This document shows, in pieces, positions 18,998 through 22,442 of a stretch of 22,442 nucleotides of DNA (position 1 is its first letter; the number at the start of each line of letters is the position of its first letter). The notes beneath the pieces were generated by a model. The model was not told the origin of the DNA, searched no databases, and saw only the letters and a program-made list of their open reading frames with translations. Position numbers and translations under genes: made by a program. Source of the DNA: Elusimicrobiota bacterium (GTDB taxonomy: Bacteria > Elusimicrobiota > Elusimicrobia > UBA1565); contig JBDRPD010000023.1 of the NCBI GenBank assembly GCA_043827405.1, forward strand, positions 1-22,442, given 5' to 3'.

Positions 18998-19001
<4 letters not shown>
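18306..19001 (-). CDS. OmpR/PhoB-family DNA-binding response regulator
   Basis: Receiver domain (IAVIEDE, IIDLMLP, GADEFFPKP) plus winged helix (TALEFDLL..L......VLTR..LLEHVW...TRTVDKRIESLRKKL...IETISRVGY). Start overlaps the upstream stop. Confidence 0.93.
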
Positions 19002-19396
<395 letters not shown>

Positions 19397-19426
19397 GGCT
19401 CAGTTCTCCCTAACAGCAACCGAACC

Positions 19427-19455
19427 AGTATAGCACGCGGTTCCGGCTGTCGCAA
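19427..19455 (-). promoter_or_regulatory. sigma70 promoter for the response-regulator operon
   Basis: Minus strand TTGCGA-N17-TATACT with extended -10 (TGC-TATACT). Confidence 0.6.
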
Positions 19456-19583
19456 CTCTTCGTGCCGAAAGTCACAAAAACATCAATATATTGGCTTTAG
19501 AGCATCAAATTCGTCATATTTTTTCGATTATTCCACACCTGTCGCAACTCCGTAACATGACTGTCGCAGAAGATGAGTACTTT
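19447..19583 (+). promoter_or_regulatory. Pho-box-like (OmpR-family) direct-repeat binding sites and a candidate -10
   Basis: CTGTCGCAACTC at 19447 and 19539. An 11-bp-period array CTGTCGCA/CCGTAACA/CTGTCGCA at 19539/19550/19561. TACTTT begins 10 nt after the last CTGTCGC. Confidence 0.55.
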
Positions 19584-19615
19584 CCTTATTGTACCCGGAC
19601 GCAGGCCGCTAATCG

Positions 19616-19996
19616 ATGCTCACCGCCAACACTTTCATCCTCCTTCTCGCCATCCTGATCGCGACCCTTCCGCTCTTCGCTTTCTCCATACCATCCTTCA
19701 CTTTCACGCCTAAAACCGGACTGTCCAACCGCATGCTGACGCCTAACGGCGACAACCGCAATGATAATGTCGTCTTCACCTTCACCAACCCGCGCGACTC
19801 GGTCGTATCAGGCCGCGTCTACGACCTCAAGGGCGGACTCGTCGCCCGCATGCAGAAGCATCCGGCGCTCGATCCCAGGTTCCATCTCTACTGGGACGGC
19901 AAGGCGAACGGCCGCCAGGCAGCGCCGGGCGTCTACATCTATCAGCTGGAGGCGGAAAACAGGATATTCACCGGCACCGTGGTGGTGGTGCGATGA
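19616..19996 (+). CDS. Small exported protein consisting of a gliding-motility/T9SS type-B C-terminal-domain-like (CHU_C/FlgD-Ig-like) fold
   Basis: Signal peptide, then TPNGDNRND.V.F, VYDLKGGLV, WDGK.NG...APGVYIYQL and a terminal TGTVVVVR. Confidence 0.8.
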   Translation: MLTANTFILLLAILIATLPLFAFSIPSFTFTPKTGLSNRMLTPNGDNRNDNVVFTFTNPRDSVVSGRVYDLKGGLVARMQKHPALDPRFHLYWDGKANGRQAAPGVYIYQLEAENRIFTGTVVVVR

Positions 19997-21972
19997 AGCG
20001 TCTCGCCGCGTCTTTCATCCTGCTCGCGGTCCTGCTCGCGGCGCGGCCCGTTCAGGCCGCCTTTGAGGACCTCGGCGCCGGCGCCCGCGCCCCGGGGATG
20101 GGCAATGCCTTCACCGCCGTCGCCGACGACGTCAGCGCCTATCACTACAACCCGGCCGGCCTCGGCCTGCTCCGGCGGGCGCAGATGAGCACCGCCTTCT
20201 CGCGCCTGCACATGGGGCTGACCGACGGCTCGAACATCTCGCTGTCCCAGGTCGCCTACGCCCGCCCGGTCAAGAAGCTGGGCGGCACTCTCGGCGTGGC
20301 CTACCACCAACTGAGCCTCTCCGGCCTCTACGGCGAGCGCTCGATCTACGTCTCCTACGGCAAGCAGGTATGGGAGGACGAAACCCGCGGAACGCTGTTC
20401 GCGGGCGGCAGCTTCAAACACCTGAGCTTCTCCTTCGACCGCCCGCCGGAAGCCCGGAACTCGATGAACCTCAAGACGGCCCAGGTGGGGGTCTCGGACC
20501 CGGTGCTCGACAAGGACACCGGCAAGTCGGCCTTCGACCTCGACCTCGGTCTGCTCTACCGCTACCAGTACCGCTACTTTTTCGGCTTCGCCGTTCAGCA
20601 CCTTAACGAGCCCGACCTGGCGATATCGTCGAACGACTCGGCGCCGCTGGGACGCGCCATGCGCCTGGCGCTGGGCTACCGCGCCTTGTGGATAAACCTG
20701 ACCACCGAGCTCAAGCTCGACCAGGCGCCCGGCGGCGGCAGCGACAAGACCTTCTTTCTCGCCGGCGAGCGCTTCTTTCCGACTTTGCGCCACGGGCAGA
20801 TCGGCATGCGCGGCTCGCTCGGCTTCGGCGACCGCGACTTCCGCCAGCTGACGACCGGGCTGACCTACCGCATCAACAAGCTGCAGTTCGACTACGCCTT
20901 CCTCATGCCCCTGGGCACCCTGCAGAAGACCGCGGGCACGCATCGCCTCGGCCTGATGCTCCACTTCGGCGCCCCGACGCCGGAGGAGCAGTACACCGCC
21001 GACCTCATCGAGAAGATCGAGCTCGCCAAGACGCCGTCGGCCGGCTACGCCTACGAGTTCCAGGACCTGCCCTCGCCGATCGAGCCGGTGCTCTCGGGCG
21101 AGGACCTCGCCGATGTGCGCAAGTCGATCGACGCCGGCGACTACGACGCGGCGCATGAGCGCCTCTCCCCGCACCTGGAGAAGGAGGTGGCTTCGATCGC
21201 CTTGGTCTCCCTCGGCCAGCGCCTGCAGGAGGTCCGCTACTTCTTCCGCCAAGTGGACCCCAATGCCGGCGAATGGGCGGCGTCGCTGGTGCGCGCGATC
21301 AAGCACTTCCTGCAGGGCCGCGACCGGGAAAGCCTGCTGGTCGCCTCGCAGGCGCTGTCGCTCAAGCGCGACACCGTCAAGCTGCCCGATTTCCTGGCCC
21401 GCATGGAGGAGATCACCAAGCTCAAGGGCGAGCGCATCCCGGAGGGGGCTTCCATCAGCCTGCTCGAGCTCAAGCTCAACGAGTCCGAGACCCTGTTTTT
21501 GACCCGCAACTTCGAGCAGGCCGGCAAGCTGTGCGAGGACATCCTCATCATCCAGCCCAACCATCCGACGGCGCTGGCCCGCATCGGCTCGGCCCGCTAC
21601 ATGCAGCGCAAGTACGACGAGGCGATCGCCTCGTGGACGCGGGCCTTGGCTTTCGAGACCGACTCCGGCGAGCGCGAGACCCTCAAGTTCATGGTGCTGC
21701 GGGCGCAGAAGAAAATCGAGCCCATCGACAAGACCGCGGCGGCCGAGTCCAAAGCCAAGTGGCGCGCCAAGCCCGCCGGCCGCCCGCTCGATCCCAAGGT
21801 CATCGAGAAGCTCTATCAGCTCAGCGTGCGCCAGTACGCCGCCGGCGAATGGGACCAGGCGGCCGAGACGCTGGAGAAGATTCTGGTCCTCGAGCCCGAG
21901 AACCGCCAGGCGCGGCGCGCCCTGCGCCGCCTTGAGGCCGAGGGCATGCGGCAGCGGAGGCAGGGGCAGTGA
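19993..21972 (+). CDS. PorV/PorP-SprF-like (FadL superfamily) outer-membrane beta-barrel fused to C-terminal TPR region
   Basis: Signal peptide, GARAPGMGNAFTAVADDVSAYHYNPAGL, alternating beta-strand pattern, GFAVQHLNEP and a last strand THRLGLMLHFG (~20970), followed by helical TPR-like repeats. ATGA overlap with the upstream gene. Confidence 0.8.
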   Translation: MKRLAASFILLAVLLAARPVQAAFEDLGAGARAPGMGNAFTAVADDVSAYHYNPAGLGLLRRAQMSTAFSRLHMGLTDGSNISLSQVAYARPVKKLGGTLGVAYHQLSLSGLYGERSIYVSYGKQVWEDETRGTLFAGGSFKHLSFSFDRPPEARNSMNLKTAQVGVSDPVLDKDTGKSAFDLDLGLLYRYQYRYFFGFAVQHLNEPDLAISSNDSAPLGRAMRLALGYRALWINLTTELKLDQAPGGGSDKTFFLAGERFFPTLRHGQIGMRGSLGFGDRDFRQLTTGLTYRINKLQFDYAFLMPLGTLQKTAGTHRLGLMLHFGAPTPEEQYTADLIEKIELAKTPSAGYAYEFQDLPSPIEPVLSGEDLADVRKSIDAGDYDAAHERLSPHLEKEVASIALVSLGQRLQEVRYFFRQVDPNAGEWAASLVRAIKHFLQGRDRESLLVASQALSLKRDTVKLPDFLARMEEITKLKGERIPEGASISLLELKLNESETLFLTRNFEQAGKLCEDILIIQPNHPTALARIGSARYMQRKYDEAIASWTRALAFETDSGERETLKFMVLRAQKKIEPIDKTAAAESKAKWRAKPAGRPLDPKVIEKLYQLSVRQYAAGEWDQAAETLEKILVLEPENRQARRALRRLEAEGMRQRRQGQ

Positions 21973-22442
21973 GGCGGTTGGGGCTCAGCGCGCTGCTTGC
22001 CGCCTTCACCCTGACGCACCTGCCCAACGCCGCCGCCGAGGTCAATACCTGGTGGGACACCGACTGGAAGCAGCGCGTTAAGATTCATTTTAACAACGCC
22101 GCCATCGCCGAAACGCTCAACGACTTCCCGGTTTTGATCCGGCTGACCACCGGCCAGATCGACTACAGCCTGACCGAAGCCAACGGCGAGGACCTGCGCT
22201 TCGTCGACGCCGATCAGAGCAACGTCCTGGCCTACGAGATTGAGAAGTGGGACCTGGCGGGCAACTCGACGAGCTATATCTGGGTGCGCGTACCCGCGAT
22301 CGACGCCAGCTCGAACCTCGACCATATCTGGCTTTACTACGACAAGGACGGCGCCGCGGCCGGGGGCGAACCCCTCCGCGGTCTGGAGCTCGAGCTATGT
22401 GGTGGTCTTGCACATGAGCCAGGACCCCGCCTCGGCCATCCA
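21969..22442 (+). CDS. DUF2341 domain-containing exported protein; 3'-truncated, with apparent frameshift at ~22362-22366
   Basis: Not in the ORF track because it has no stop. The GTG overlaps the upstream TGA. My translation: MRRLGLSALLAAFTLTHLPNAAA-EVNTWWDTDWKQRVKIHF...LNDFPVLIRL...IDYS....NGEDLRFVD.....LAYEIEKWD......IWVRVP.I......HIWLYY. Confidence 0.8.
   Translation, partial: MRRLGLSALLAAFTLTHLPNAAAEVNTWWDTDWKQRVKIHFNNAAIAETLNDFPVLIRLTTGQIDYSLTEANGEDLRFVDADQSNVLAYEIEKWDLAGNSTSYIWVRVPAIDASSNLDHIWLYYDKDGAAAGGEPLRGLELELCGGLAHEPGPRLGHP

Overview
GC-rich bacterial chromosomal window with 17 supported CDSs. Elusimicrobiota-like origin is inferred from gene style only and is not verified. No rRNA, tRNA, CRISPR array or transposase was recognised. 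The plus-strand block contains a 5'-truncated HEXXH zinc-peptidase-like protein, a radical SAM/SPASM enzyme, type III glutamine synthetase, a TPR+SpoIID/LytB protein, a fused membrane/spermidine-synthase-like protein and a GAF-GAF-PAS-class III adenylate cyclase. The minus-strand block contains a CheY-like receiver, pdxH, an unknown Gly-rich membrane protein, an RmlD-like SDR and pruA. These are followed by a secreted Pro-rich protein and a receiver + OmpR-family regulator pair. The most interesting part is the right end: a translationally coupled operon of a stand-alone T9SS type-B-CTD-like protein, a PorV/PorP-like beta-barrel fused to TPRs, and a DUF2341 protein that is missing from the ORF track, truncated and frameshifted at a G5 run. 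This operon is transcribed divergently from the OmpR-family regulator across an intergenic region with Pho-box-like 11-bp-period repeats. Two otherwise unrelated proteins share an ALFDGS motif after low-complexity segments, and two intergenic regions show nested inverted repeats.
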